Shown in pieces: positions 13,181-26,124 of a stretch of 41,796 nt of DNA. Numbering within the stretch: the stretch's first letter is position 1; every line of letters begins with the position of its first letter. The translations under genes and the position numbers were made by a program. The notes below the pieces were generated by a model. The model ran no database searches, was not told the origin of the DNA, and saw only the letters and a program-made list of their open reading frames with translations. Where the stretch lies: the NCBI RefSeq assembly GCF_001194135.2, contig NC_068982.1, positions 4,108,426-4,150,221 on the forward strand, read 5' to 3'. The DNA is from Octopus bimaculoides. Taxonomy: Eukaryota.

Positions 13181-13599
13181 AAAACCATCAATAATAAAGT
13201 AAATGAAGTAGAAGTACTTTGCAGTGGTTTTGTTCATCATTTTTTCTTAACCAAAATTTTGATCAATAATATCAAATTCTTTCTAATTAATTTAAACGCA
13301 TAACGTTTTTCGTGATTATGGAGATTAACAATGCCATAAAACATGGCATTCCCTGCAGTTTTGATTTCAGATATGGGCTATCTGTTTTATAAATGACATT
13401 AAAAATTTTTTGGACAAGTTGATAAGGCCTGGGCTACTATATGTTCACATCTCGCTCTCTCCCCTCTCTGTCTGTCTGTCTATCTAATTGTATTTCTGCA
13501 GATTTTCTGTAGAGTTCAGAATCAGCACTGAAAGTTACGACGTTTCGTATACGAACATATCTATGTAAACAATACGATTGAAGGTAGAACGCAATAGGT

Positions 13600-13653
13600 A
13601 ATGGGTATATATGCATATTTCAAGAGTTATTACACTTTCATCAGTGCTACATT
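13600..13653 (-). ncRNA. Type I hammerhead ribozyme motif, helix I decayed
   Basis: Minus strand reads CTGATGA-AAGTGT-AATA-ACTCTT-GAA-ATATGCATAT-A. The core is perfect, helix II pairs at 5/6 bp, helix III is a 10-nt perfect palindrome and the triplet is AUA. Helix I pairs only partly. Confidence 0.65.
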
Positions 13654-14026
13654 CAACCTACTAACTATTCACGAATGCATTACCTAAATACCCACCAAGT
13701 TTAGCGGTGTATCACCACTGGGTAGATATTCACATAGGCAATTTACGTATCAAACACGTTCCTGTCAACTTGTACGTAAATATTGCTGCCAGAAAGAGCC
13801 AAAATTGAAACTCTAGTGCGATTACTGTGACGGATGACTACCAAAGTTTAAGAACTGTCGCGGAATTCCTGTTATTATTAGGTGAGCTCGAGAGCAGTAA
13901 AACGAATCATTCTCCGTAGACCTAGAGGTAGAAGTACCGGAAACCGTAAGTATGCAAGCATGTATGTGATTGTTCAGATTTATTTCAAGATTTCTTGCTA
14001 ATAGAGAAAGAGCCTTTCCGGTCTCG

Positions 14027-14070
14027 GTTGCTGAAGAAGAGATAACCACTCCGAAATGTATGCATCTAAG
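14027..14070 (+). ncRNA. Degenerate hammerhead ribozyme, same family as 40559-40599
   Basis: GTTG-CTGAAGA-AGAG-ATAACCA-CTCC-GAA-ATGTATGCAT-C-TAAG. Flanks CCTTTCCGGT and CTGTGAGCYGAWTYGGTGTATTTACA are shared with the 40.5-kb copy. Confidence 0.65.
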
Positions 14071-15457
14071 TCTGGATAGGAGACTGTGAGCCGAATCGGT
14101 GTATTTACACCTATTTGTTTACAGCAAGAAATTTTGTCTATGACAAAACAATGAATGGCTTTTTTACGGGTTCGAATATGCCTCACGCATAGTTGAACCG
14201 GTAACAAGTTAATACTAAAGTTATAAATTAGAAGAGAGAAAGAAGGAAGCAAGAAGCATAAGATAGCTGCATAACGTTGAACTTCAAGTATCCTTTATAA
14301 CCTGCAGCTAAGAGCTGGAGGAAGAGGTAATTTGATAGTAAACAATGTTAGAATGATGATTTCAATAGACAGAAGGGCAAAGCAAAACATTGAGAGGATA
14401 TTAAATAAACGAAATTAGATAGTAATGAAAATACAAGGCTCAAAGACACTCACACACACTAAAAGACAATAAACCATATTCAGTTTGCAAATAAAATATG
14501 TAGAAAACCCGAAAAAAGCACAGAGAAAAATATATTATCTATCTATATATTATGATATATATTATTATATTATATTATAATATATTATTAATGAAAATAT
14601 TAATCACACAGACATAAAAAATTTTCTTTGTCCGGAAAACAGTAAGAAAAGACAAACGACAAAAGCAGACGATAAACGTCAAAACAGGCTGGTTGCTCCA
14701 TATAAACTTTGCCAATCAAATATCGATCTTTTAAAATGATCCATTCTTTGTTGGACACTTTATGTGTGTCCTTTTCTCGATTGTCGAATTTTGTTCATAC
14801 AATTTTCACCACATAATATTTTGCATTTTATGTGTTTTCCCCATCCATTGCCCTTATCGTTCAAGGCATAAGCCATACAAGCTTTATTCATCATTATTTA
14901 AATTTTTTACCGTAATAATTATCTCTCTATATATGCATACAGTCATTAGCGCCCTCTGTATATACAAATGTGTGTATACAGGTATATGTATGTTAGGATG
15001 TACGTGTTTACATTTGTGCATATATGGATATATACACATATGGGTTTGTAAATACGTGTGTTATGTACATGCCCGCGGTTGTATGTATACAGGATAATTG
15101 CTATATTTGAAGCAGAAACGTCCACACTGTTTTGTTTGGCTGTTCTTCCTGCTTTTCGGACAAAGAAAATTATAATGCTTGTGTGATGAATATTTTGATT
15201 ACAAATCTAATAATCCTTTCTACTACAAGCACAGGGCCTGAAATTTTGTAGGAGCGGCAAATAAGATAATAACAAATATATAATCCTCCGATTATAACCG
15301 GTATAACAAGAAAACAAAATATTATGAATGCATGGGCTGTGACGATTGCATTATGTAGTTGATCATCATTAAGAAGAGATCCTAGTTGTTCTAATTCTGT
15401 TCGAATTATTAGACTTAAGGAAGTACCTAGAAGTCCTGATCAAATTCCCAAAACGAA

Positions 15458-15491
<34 letters not shown>

Positions 15492-15567
15492 ATATTATTA
15501 GGGACAAAATCCAAAATATGTGATAGTGGATTTTCATCGATGAGTTCTTGAAAATTGGTTATTTTCC

Positions 15568-16503
15568 NNNNNNNNNNNNNNNNNNNNNNNNNNNNNNNNN
15601 NNNNNNNNNNNNNNNNNNNNNNNNNNNNNNNNNNNNNNNNNNNNNNNNNNNNNNNNNNNNNNNNNNNNNNNNNNNNNNNNNNNNNNNNNNNNNNNNNNNN
15701 NNNNNNNNNNNNNNNNNNNNNNNNNNNNNNNNNNNNNNNNNNNNNNNNNNNNNNNNNNNNNNNNNNNNNNNNNNNNNNNNNNNNNNNNNNNNNNNNNNNN
15801 NNNNNNNNNNNNNNNNNNNNNNNNNNNNNNNNNNNNNNNNNNNNNNNNNNNNNNNNNNNNNNNNNNNNNNNNNNNNNNNNNNNNNNNNNNNNNNNNNNNN
15901 NNNNNNNNNNNNNNNNNNNNNNNNNNNNNNNNNNNNNNNNNNNNNNNNNNNNNNNNNNNNNNNNNNNNNNNNNNNNNNNNNNNNNNNNNNNNNNNNNNNN
16001 NNNNNNNNNNNNNNNNNNNNNNNNNNNNNNNNNNNNNNNNNNNNNNNNNNNNNNNNNNNNNNNNNNNNNNNNNNNNNNNNNNNNNNNNNNNNNNNNNNNN
16101 NNNNNNNNNNNNNNNNNNNNNNNNNNNNNNNNNNNNNNNNNNNNNNNNNNNNNNNNNNNNNNNNNNNNNNNNNNNNNNNNNNNNNNNNNNNNNNNNNNNN
16201 NNNNNNNNNNNNNNNNNNNNNNNNNNNNNNNNNNNNNNNNNNNNNNNNNNNNNNNNNNNNNNNNNNNNNNNNNNNNNNNNNNNNNNNNNNNNNNNNNNNN
16301 NNNNNNNNNNNNNNNNNNNNNNNNNNNNNNNNNNNNNNNNNNNNNNNNNNNNNNNNNNNNNNNNNNNNNNNNNNNNNNNNNNNNNNNNNNNNNNNNNNNN
16401 NNNNNNNNNNNNNNNNNNNNNNNNNNNNNNNNNNNNNNNNNNNNNNNNNNNNNNNNNNNNNNNNNNNNNNNNNNNNNNNNNNNNNNNNNNNNNNNNNNNN
16501 NNN
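15568..16503. other. Assembly gap (largest of 8: 4418-4748, 9719-9773, 11607-11989, 15568-16503, 26393-26402, 31958-32012, 37094-37103, 38535-38931)
   Basis: N runs; the six longer ones border microsatellites on at least one side. Confidence 0.98.
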
Positions 16504-16556
<53 letters not shown>

Positions 16557-16686
16557 CAGTAAGTAAATAGACACCTTTAATTTTCAAAATTTCTGATCTA
16601 AGCGTCTTCAGTGGTGTAGAATTTATAATGTAATTATTCTTTTTCATTTCAGGTGCCATTATATCAAACATTTGCGAAGAGTAACC

Positions 16687-17673
16687 ATGATACGCACAAA
16701 AAATTTAGCAGAACTGTCAGATTTTCAAAGCGGTCGTATTGTTGGGCAATCTGAGGCTGGTCTTAGCCAGGAAAAAATTGCCGAAAATCTTCAAATTCCT
16801 CTTGCTACTGTTAATAGAATTCTAGTGCAATTCAAAAGCCAAGGAAAAGAATCAACAGATTCTCGTCCAGGCCGACCTGAGCCCTCGGAAAGGAAGCTTC
16901 GCTGTTTGAAGAGAATTGTGGTAAACGAACCCCGTTTGAAGGCTTCTGACATTGCAAAACAGCTAGAAGTTAATCCAAGACCGTGTGTTACATATCTGTA
17001 TAAGTTTGGGCATTATCGACGAACAGCTAGAAGAAAACTTTTCCTTCATCCAATTAATATCATGAAAAGAAAGAAATGGGCTAAGGAGATGTCAGAAAAA
17101 TCCAGTTCATTTTGGGATAGAGTGATTTTCTCAGATGAATCCAGATTTGCATTCTTTTTAGACAGTGGATGTGTTTGGGTATGGAGTCTTTCCTATCAAG
17201 AATTTGATTTGAAACGACTCCAACCAACTGTGAAACATGGTGGTATCTCTCTAATGGTATGGGGAGCTGTCATCAGCAATGGTCATTCTGAGCTGATCGA
17301 ATGTGTTGGGACCATAAACTCTGAAAAATACATCGAAATACTTAAGCAAGGACTACTTCTGATGTATTCACATAACATAACGAAAAATGAGTTTTTATTC
17401 GTGGAAGATGGGGCTCCATGCCACACAGCGAAAAGGAATTAACAATGGCTGACAGAAAATGGGATCAAAAAGCCTCCTTGGCCGAGCCAATCTCCTGACA
17501 TGAACCCAATTGAAAATCTTTGGAGCATACCAGATAGAGCTTTACGAAAAACTCGACAGAAACCTAAATCTAAAGATGAATTGTTTTGATTGTTGTGTGA
17601 AAAGTGGGCAGAAATTCCACAAGAGACAGTCACAAAGCTCATCAGTTCAATGCCAAAAAGAGTTTCTGAATAG
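16687..17673 (+). pseudogene. Tc1 (DD34E) transposase pseudogene
   Basis: HTH N-terminus, [18 protein letters not shown] and WPSQSPDMNPIENLW, with 34 residues between the second D and the E. In-frame stops lie at 17440-17442 and near 17587, and the C-terminus is lost. TIRs were not resolved. Confidence 0.92.
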
Positions 17674-18372
17674 TTTCGGATTTCCAAGATGTTTACTGTT
17701 AACCTGATATATGCTACATGAGTTCCCTGTTAATTTTACGCCATCTGTATACATTAACACAATCAATAGTGATTTCTATTTAAGAGAGACACTTCAATTT
17801 CAGCTTTCAGTCAATAAATAAATTTTACACTAGTATTTGCTGAGTATTCACCGTGTCTTAAATTTCCACTTCATTATTCACACACATAAATATACATCGC
17901 ATATTGAAATATGTGCCTGAACGTTTCTATTTTTGAAAGTTATTTGAACTTTAGTTTATAATAATTTATTTATGAATAAGTGTGCTATATTTTTACTTAT
18001 AGAACGTAGAGAGGTTTAATAACAGGGTAAGCTTTTTAAATGTAATTAGTGTGCTGATATATTATTTGCTATTCACGGAGATTTTATTTCAGAATTACGA
18101 GTATTAATAGTTACCTTTTGTTGGTCGAATTTAAACATTTTCTTGGTTTTTGACTTCGATTGTTCGAGTTCTTTGTAGAAACTCTTTTACATTAAAAAAT
18201 ACCGTATTTGTGGTGCAGCATTCCCGATTCTCTCGTATCTACCTGTTTTTTTTCTCAAATAAATAGACACCGCCACATTTCTATAGTAAAGTAACGGCTT
18301 GACTTGATGAGATTTTGTCAAGCGGATGGATTGGATGAAGAGATTCAGTAGAATACTCTTTCACAAAATCGC

Positions 18373-18625
18373 TAAGTTATGGGGACATAAATAAACAAAC
18401 ACCGGTTGTCAAGCGGTGGTTGAGGAAAACAGACATAAAGACACACACAGATATACATACATATACATAATAGGCTTCTTTCAGTTTCCGTGTACCAAAT
18501 CCACTCACAAGTCTTTAGCTGGCCCGAGGCTGTAATAGAAGACACTTGCCCTGAGTGCCACGCAGTGGGATTGAACTTAGATCCATGTGGGTGGGAATTA
18601 AACTTCTTTATCACACAGCCAATGC
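18373..18625 (-). mobile_element. Family A SINE, 3'-truncated
   Basis: Homology to the other family A copies. Confidence 0.8.
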
Positions 18626-18639
18626 CTAGAAACACTCGT

Positions 18640-19050
18640 TGTTATTGATGGTAGTGGTAGTAGTAATATATTGAGTGGTGGTGGTAGTGGTGGTAGTGGT
18701 GGTGGTAATAGTGTCATTACGATGGCGATGGCAGTGTCGTTGATGGTATAGGTAAGACTGATTGACGAATGACTGGGGATTACAGATGTGGTGATCGTTG
18801 GTTTGATGGAAATTTCAATGAAAGTAATAATGATGGCAGCAGTGGACATGATGGCGGCGATGAGAGTGGTGAAATGATGAGGATGATAGCACCACTTTTG
18901 ATCATCAAAGTACTACTTGGTATTGACTACAGGCTGGCGGTGCAGACGACAACGAAGACGAGAACGAAGACGAACAATTTGATAAGAATGAGGATTTGAA
19001 GTGATTTTCAATGGAATTACAGTCGTGTGACATTATTATTGTTGTTGTAA
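18640..19050. repeat. (GGT)n/(GAT)n/(ACG)n low-complexity tract
   Basis: Degenerate trinucleotide repeats; source of the PPPLPPP ORF. Confidence 0.8.
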
Positions 19051-19299
19051 TATTGTTTTTGTTGATATTCACACTACCGATGATGCTATCTAACTATTAT
19101 GGTTTCTGACATCTATTTTCATTCATATAATCGCTCTGATTAATGTAATCGCCTTACACACGAAACAAATACATTGATGAGTTTAATCCTTTCATTTAAT
19201 TCTACATTGGTAAACTAATGGAAATATCTTCAAATACACTTCTTTTCTACATTAAATAGATATTAAAATCAGAAATTGTCATTTAGGCCGACTAATTGT

Positions 19300-22015
19300 T
19301 TCAAATTTTGGCACTAGGTCAGCAGCCTTTTTTTTTAGGAGAAAGAGGGTTTCGTCGATTACGTTGCCCCCCACCCCCCTGTACGACTGGCACTTACATC
19401 GGTTTCTGCCCGACGCCGTAAAGCTTCTTCCAGCTCCCCGCTTTCGTATTGGCTAATAATCCTTTCTACCTCAGGCAGAAAACTGACAGAATCATTACAG
19501 CGCCGGAGAAAATGCTTAGCGGCATTTATTCCGAATTTATGATCTGAGATCGAATGCCGCCGGGGTTGACTTCGCCTTTCATCCTTTCGGGGTCGAAAAA
19601 TAAGTACCAGTTGAGAATTGGGATTGATGTAATTAATTTACTCCTTCCTCCGAAATTGCTGTCCTTGTGGCAAAATTTAGAACCAATAATACTTTCTACT
19701 ATAAGTACAAAGGTTTGAAATTTTGGGAGGGGTTTGTCGATCCTGTCGGGCCCAGTGCTTTACTGGTACTTTTTTGTCAACCAGAAAAAACGAAAGACAA
19801 AGTGGATCTCGGCGGAATTTGAACTGACAACGTAAAGCAGGAAGAAATGCCGTTAAGCATTTTGTCCGACGCGCTAACGATTCTTATTTCTTTATTTCCC
19901 ACAAGGGGCTAAACATAGAGGGGACAAACAAGGACAGACAAAGGGATTAAGTCGATTACATCGACCCCAGTGCGTAACTGGTACCTAATTTATCGACTCC
20001 GAAAAGATGAAAGGTAAAGTCGACCTCGGCGGAATTTGAACTCAGAACGTAACGGCAGAGGAAATACCGCTAAGCATTTCGCCCGGCGTGCTAACGTTTC
20101 TGCCAGGTCGTCGTCTTTTAATCTTTTCTATTATAAGCACAAGGCCTAAAATTTGGGGGAAGGGGATAGTCGATTAGATCGACTCCAGTACGCAACTGGT
20201 ACTTAATCTATCGACCCCAAAAGGATGAAAGGCAAAGTCGACCTCGGCGGAATTTGAACGCAGAACGTAGCGACGGACGTAACAACGAACGAAGCTAAGC
20301 ATTTCGTCCAACGTGCTAACGACTCAGCCAAGCTCGCCACCTTTGAGATTGATAATGACACACAATGCTAGTTGTACGCATTGAAATGAAGTGGCAGAAA
20401 ATGTAGCACGAGTCAGTGTTGAATTCTGATTTTTTTTTCCGAGTTCTAATTCCATTGGTGGTCTTTTGTACCAATCAACATCTTAAAATATAAACCATTG
20501 ATATAGAAGTGGCAATTTAATCGACACCATTCCTTCCTCTACAAATAATCTGTTCGGCGTTAATGTAAGAAATATAAATCCAGTTTAGATCTTCTGTATA
20601 CCATTTCAAATGTTATTAGTCAAATCTGGAAGTCCATCTCTCCAGGATGAATTGCTGTTGTTTTTGTTGTTTAGATTTGATGTCAGCTTTGCTGGAACAG
20701 ACTATCATCAAAGGCATAGAACCACTTTAAGGCAGGGGTACACTGGACAATTGCCATGGGTGGGGTGCTGGGTCCAGGGACTCATTGTTAGGCTGCGTAT
20801 GCTACACTTCACCCCAGCCACATGGCTCCGGGTTCAGTCCTACTGCGTGGTACCTTATCGTAATTAAAACTCGGTAATCGACGTAGCCATAACAGAGTAT
20901 ATAATCAATGATTAATTCTGAAACGAATCGAAATTCTGAAATATTCTTTTGATATCCTTTTCTACTCTAGGCACAAGGCCTGAAGTTTTTGGGGAGAAGG
21001 GGAAGTCGATTAGATCAACCCCAGTACGCAACTGGTATTTAATTAATCGACCCCGAAAGGATGAAAGGCAAAGTCGGCCTCAGCGGAATTTGAACTCAGA
21101 ACGTAAAGACAGACGAAATACCGCTAAGCATTTCGCCCGGCGTGCTAACGGTTCTGCCAGCTCGGCGCCTTAATATTCTTTGATATCAATTCTTTCACAG
21201 TGATTCTATTTGATAAAAAAAAGATAACTTCTCACAGTAACAGAAATATTAATGGATAAGTAATATTGCACTTCCAACGGATTTCTCAACGGACTCATAC
21301 ACCATTTTTATCTCCGTTTAAATAAATGAACGTCCATTCTTAACATAATGGCGTTTAACTGCAGTTAAAGGAAAATCTAGAGAGACTCAGCTAATGTTAT
21401 TTTGAGTTAAATGTCGGTTTTTTGTTTTTGCCGTTTACCTCGAAGCCATCCTGTATTGGTCAAGCTATGGTCAAAATCAATGTAGACGGCACCAACATCA
21501 TTATTTCCTTCCATGCATCGTGAAGCTTCTACTGCAATACTGACATGTCTGAAATATTTTAATGTTAGTTTCAAATTTTGGCATAAGGCCAGAAATTTCG
21601 AGGCAAGACGTAAGTCGAATACATCAGCCCCCAGTGCTCAACTGGTACTCAATTTATCGACCTTGAGTGGACGAAAGGTAAAGTTGACCTTAGTGGCATT
21701 TGAACTCAGAGCAAAGTCAGAAAGAATACCGGTGAGGATTTCGCTTCTGCCAATTTGCCACCTTTAGACATCTTGATATTAAAGCATGGTGATAAGGCGG
21801 TAAGCTGGTAGAATAGTTAACATCCGGGTAATAATGCTTAGCGGCATTTTGCCCGTCTTTACGTTACGAGTTCAAATTCTGCCGATGTAGACTTTGCCTT
21901 TCATCTTATCGAGGTCGATAAAATAAGTACCCGTTGAGCACTGGGGTCCATACAATCGACTTAACTCTTCCCCAAAATTGCTGGCATTGTGCCACAATTT
22001 GAAACCAATATTAAT
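19300..22015. mobile_element. Dense cluster of about 9 family B SINE copies in both orientations
   Basis: Copies at about 19480-19690 (+), 19690-19885 (-), 19885-20110 (-, alternative 3' tail), 20115-20345 (-), 20950-21172 (-), 21560-21770 (-) and 21790-22015 (+), plus fragments. Confidence 0.85.
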
Positions 22016-23557
22016 ATATGATCAGGGCAAAGAATTTCACTGCTCGTAATTTCGCTGCTTCTCGATTAAGTAGCTATACAGTGCAGCGACTTCTGACCTT
22101 TTTACCAATGCCATTTATTTCAGAGAATCAATAATCCACCAAGAACCCTTTTCAAAGATTTAAATAATAAAACAATATTTATTTCCCCTAAATTTTCTAC
22201 TTTAACATTTGACATTTTCTGGAGAAATTTTCCTGTTTTTGGTGTTGTATTAAGTTTGTGTCGTAACGATTGCGACATATTGTATAACATATTCCGTTCA
22301 GCTCCTTTCTAAAGCTTTGTGTTTTATATCAGAAATATATGTTCATAATGGCGGAAGTTTGTAAAGAAGTTGTTGGAAGATTTGTTTCAAAAGAAAACAT
22401 TAAAAGAAATGAGAAAGATGTGAATTTGAACAAACATAATTTCTTCGAAAATGTGACGCATTGCATAACATACGTACGCACACATACACAGACATGTATA
22501 CACCCTCGCACATATAATTTACATATACAAATAAGTTTATAAAAAAAATCTATGTGTGTATGTGTGTAATATGCGTACATATTGTCTCTCGTCCTCTCCT
22601 AATATCTCTTTGTTTTTACATTCGTATAACACTGTTTGTTATTGATCCTTTTTCTTTTCGCCTCCGTCTTACTATGTTGTTGTGTGTTTCAATCATTGTT
22701 AGATTTCGTATACATAAATCTAATTCTGCTTGATATATTTCAAATTTTCTCCTCCTATTTTTCTTATTTCTTGCCTAGAAACACTAGAAAAATACATTTT
22801 CCTCCTGTGCTATTCTAATCCAGCCTAATCTGCTCTGCTGTTCACAAGATATAGATTTCTCTTTCCCTTTCGTTCTCATGGATTTTAGAAATATTTTGTT
22901 GAAACTCAAAATCTTCAATTTTTCTTCTGCTTAAACATTTTTATAATTATTTTAACAATATTCTGTTTAGTTTTCTTGTAAAAATGTGCGGTTGTCATTT
23001 CAATCTTTCTACAGGCTCTCGTTGGATTTCTTTCGCTTTTCTTACTTACATCCTTTAACTCCTCCTTTCAATGTTGTCCATATAATTCGATGATATAAAA
23101 GACAGGATCATGCACACAGACATTAGAATTTCGTTGTCTCATACTTTTCCTTCTATCGTTTGCCTTATCTTTTAACTCATTTCAGTTATTGGACAACGGC
23201 TATGCTGGAGTAAAGTTTTGCAGGATTTAGTCGAACAAATCAACCCCAATACTTAGTTACAGGGACGTAAACATACCCACACCGGATGTCAAGCAATAAT
23301 GGGGAAGGCACACGCATACACATAAACACACTGGCACTCCGTCGGTTACGACGGAAAGGGTTCCAGTTGATCTGATCAACAGAACAGCCTGTTTCCTAAA
23401 TTAATGTGCTAGTGGCTGAGCACACCACAGACACACGTACACTTAACATAAGTTCTCAAGGAGACTCAATGTGACACACAATGTGGAAAGGCTGCACCTT
23501 TGAAATACAGGCAGGTGCAATTCATTTTTACCGTATATATATATATATATATATATA

Positions 23558-24460
23558 TAAGGTGCGATGGGTAAATTATCGCCATTTTATACTTTTAATT
23601 TCGCGCATGCGCATCATTTGTTTTCGATTTTGTCGACTACACAGTATAGGAGGGTCAACCGTCTGTGAGAAAAACAGCCCCATGACGCAATTCACTCTGC
23701 CAGTAATTTGGAAACGATATGCTGAACAACTTGGTATTCGCGTCGGAAGCTCCAATACGAACATTTCAGAGTGTTTGGATGTCAATTTGAGGACAGCGCA
23801 ACCTGAGGACAGCGCAACCTGAGGACAGCGCAACCTGAGGACAGCGCAACCTGAGGACATGTGCCGAGCGTGATAAAAATCAAACATTCAGTCACATCAT
23901 GGTGTTTGGAGTGATTACTAGTGATGGCGAAAGTATCCATTTTCCCACACGATCTCAGACTCAACACGGAGGCCTACATCAAGTGCCTGGAGAAGATAGT
24001 ACTGCCCTAGGTCAAGAGGATAGCTGCTGGAAGACCCTATGTTTAGCAACAGGACTCTTCATCATGCCACACAAGCAGGAGAACCCAGCCATGGCTGTCA
24101 TACAATTTCTGCTACCACATCACCCCTAATATCTGGCCACCTAACTCTCCACACTGCCACCCTCTTGATTATTATATGTGGGGGCACAGTTCAGCGAGAG
24201 ACCAAAGATGAACTGAAGGCAAGGATTATGGCAGCATTCACCAACTTAAAAAAGGAAACCGTTCAGAAGAGTTGCAGGAGATTCCGAGATCGTCTCGAGG
24301 CCATGGTTGAAGCCAATGGCGATGTTATTGAATAAATTTACTCTTTAATTATTTCAAGATATTTTAATGTAATTTTTGGTAAACATATCTGTTAAAATGA
24401 GATGTCAGTGTTATTTGAATTTTTGTGTAATTTAGACGACAATATATTCACCGCACCCTG
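23558..24460 (+). mobile_element. Internally deleted maT (DD37D) element with imperfect TIRs and TA flanks
   Basis: Left end is TA|TAAGGTGCGATGGGTAAATTATCG and right end is CGACAATATATTCACCGCACCCTG|TA. The catalytic region QQD-(37 aa)-D reads QQDSSSCH...WPPNSPHCHPLDYYMWG, and the C-terminus reads RLEAMVEANGDVIE*. Confidence 0.88.
23788..23859 (+). repeat. 16-bp tandem repeat x4.5 (TGAGGACAGCGCAACC)
   Basis: Perfect units at 23788, 23804, 23820 and 23836, plus a partial unit. Confidence 0.95.
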
Positions 24461-24959
24461 TATATGATCAAGCTGGATGTAAATTGTCTCGTGGATATGC
24501 AAATTTCATTTTTGCGTTATTTAGACCTCAATATATTCACCGTACCCTGTGTCTGTGTACCAAAGCCAATTCAGGCAATTTTCTAAAGGATCATGCGCCA
24601 ATTTTAAAGTTCTTTTTTATTGTACAAGGTAAGATTTAGGAGGAAATATGTTCAGTACTGTTTTCGAATAAAACACTAATGTGTTTTGAAGTGTTGCTGA
24701 TACTGCGAAGCTTAATGTAAGGAATGATAGACATGTAGCAAACGGAGCAATCTTATATTGGAGTCACTCGATCAACAAGAAATACCGCTCATTTTCCTCA
24801 CAAATCACACACAGCGACGTAAATAAATAAAATAGAAGCAGAAAATCCATCAAGCCATCCGTTCATGTTTTCATTCATACATAAATAAATACGTGTACGC
24901 ATACTGATTGACGGAAGAGCCTCTATACACTACACAAACACAATTCGCATCCTGCGGCT

Positions 24960-25125
24960 GTTGTGCCTGGTGAGTGGTTATGATTATTTTAAGGCCGAAA
25001 GTGTTAAATAGGTGAATGATGTCCTTCTTTGATATGTCCAATGTGTATCCATTTGTTAACACATCGTCTCTGTAGAGGCCCAAATGTGTTGGAAATGTTC
25101 ACGTAACTACACTTTTGCTCACAGA
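24960..25125 (-). mobile_element. Penelope-like element RT fragment (GLYRDD type)
   Basis: Translation gives LREHFQHI/LGLYRDDVLTNGYTLDISKKDIIHLFNTFGLKIII. This matches the GLYRDDGL...KK.I...F...GL.I.I catalytic region I recall from Neptune/Naiad-type PLEs. Confidence 0.7.
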
Positions 25126-25390
25126 AGTCTCTGCACTGTCACACAACTCCATATTTAAATGAATATGGTAGAATGGTTCAATGTAAAGAGCATATTCATA
25201 AAAATCTAGGATTTTCCTAGCGTGCGTTATGATGTTATATCACTTGGTGTAAGTTATTGTAGCTCGCAGCAAATACTAGAGACTTACACAGTAGAGCTTC
25301 AGACACAGATACCAAAGGGCAAAATTCAGCAGTGATGAACTCACCACATACATACACACACGCACACACACACATACATATATACAGCAT

Positions 25391-26088
25391 AAACTTAGAT
25401 ATGTTTCGACCAAAGATTGGTCCAGGCCATGTCTAACTTAATAGCACCACTTGATAGAATTATCTAAATCCTTTTTAAGTCCAGTTTTGTTTATGGTCCA
25501 TTCAAGTATGGGTGGCTTGTCTAGTAGTCCTTGAAGAAATCTGTCTAGACTCCGTTTAAAGCTGATAGGATCCTTTTCATCTTTTATCTGTTTAGGGACA
25601 ATGTTAAACAGGGCAGGGCCTGTTGAGGAAAAGAAATTATGCCGCAGTGTGCCTATATGTTGTGATCCTGAATTGGGCAAAGGAGGTATGGCTCGTGGTC
25701 CCAGCCTTGGATGAACCTTGAAACTAATGTTCAGGTCGTTTGGGCAATGCTGGCGGTATATCTTCCACATCGTACAAATAATGTACCGCTCGCGGCGGCG
25801 CTGGAGAGAGTAGAGTTTCAAGACTTCAAGGTGATCCCAGTAATCAAGATCAGTCATGCCTTCAATTCGTTTGGTGAGTGACCTCTGGGGTGATTCAATC
25901 CTCGAGATGTCTTGTTTTGTGTGGGGAGACCACAAGGGGCAGCAGTATTCGAGGTGTGGCCATACAAAGGAGGAGAAAAGTGGAATGATGACACCTTGTT
26001 CTCTGGACCGGAAGGTTCTTAAGATTCAGGAGCTCCTACGAGCTAGATCGACCTCACTTTCCATCAAACCCAGCAATGAAAGCTGAGA
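25391..26088 (-). mobile_element. 5'-truncated CR1/L2-group LINE 3' end
   Basis: PHLEYCCPLWSPHTKQDISRIE...LKLYSLQRRRERY...FKRSLDRFL...DKPP. The 3' terminus is the stem-loop GACCA-ATCTT-TGGTC followed by GAAACATATCTAAG. Confidence 0.9.
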
Positions 26089-26124
26089 TATTTCTCGATA
26101 TAATAATTGTAATCCCTTCTACAT

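Noticed and set aside
15084-15126. TGC/GCA stem followed by GAAACGTC
   Set aside because: No valid CUGANGA core and no helix I.
22339-22542. 67-aa ORF MFIMAEVCKEVVGRF...
   Set aside because: It runs into a CA-rich microsatellite, with no recognisable homology or clear splice context.
23788-23859. Tandem direct repeats (also 35964-36070, 8369-8436) as CRISPR arrays
   Set aside because: The units are contiguous with no unique spacers, there are no cas genes, and the context is eukaryotic.
25400-25430. Stem-loop plus GAAAC at LINE 3' ends (also about 28575-28605), resembling half a hammerhead
   Set aside because: No upstream CUGANGA; better explained as the LINE 3' recognition hairpin.
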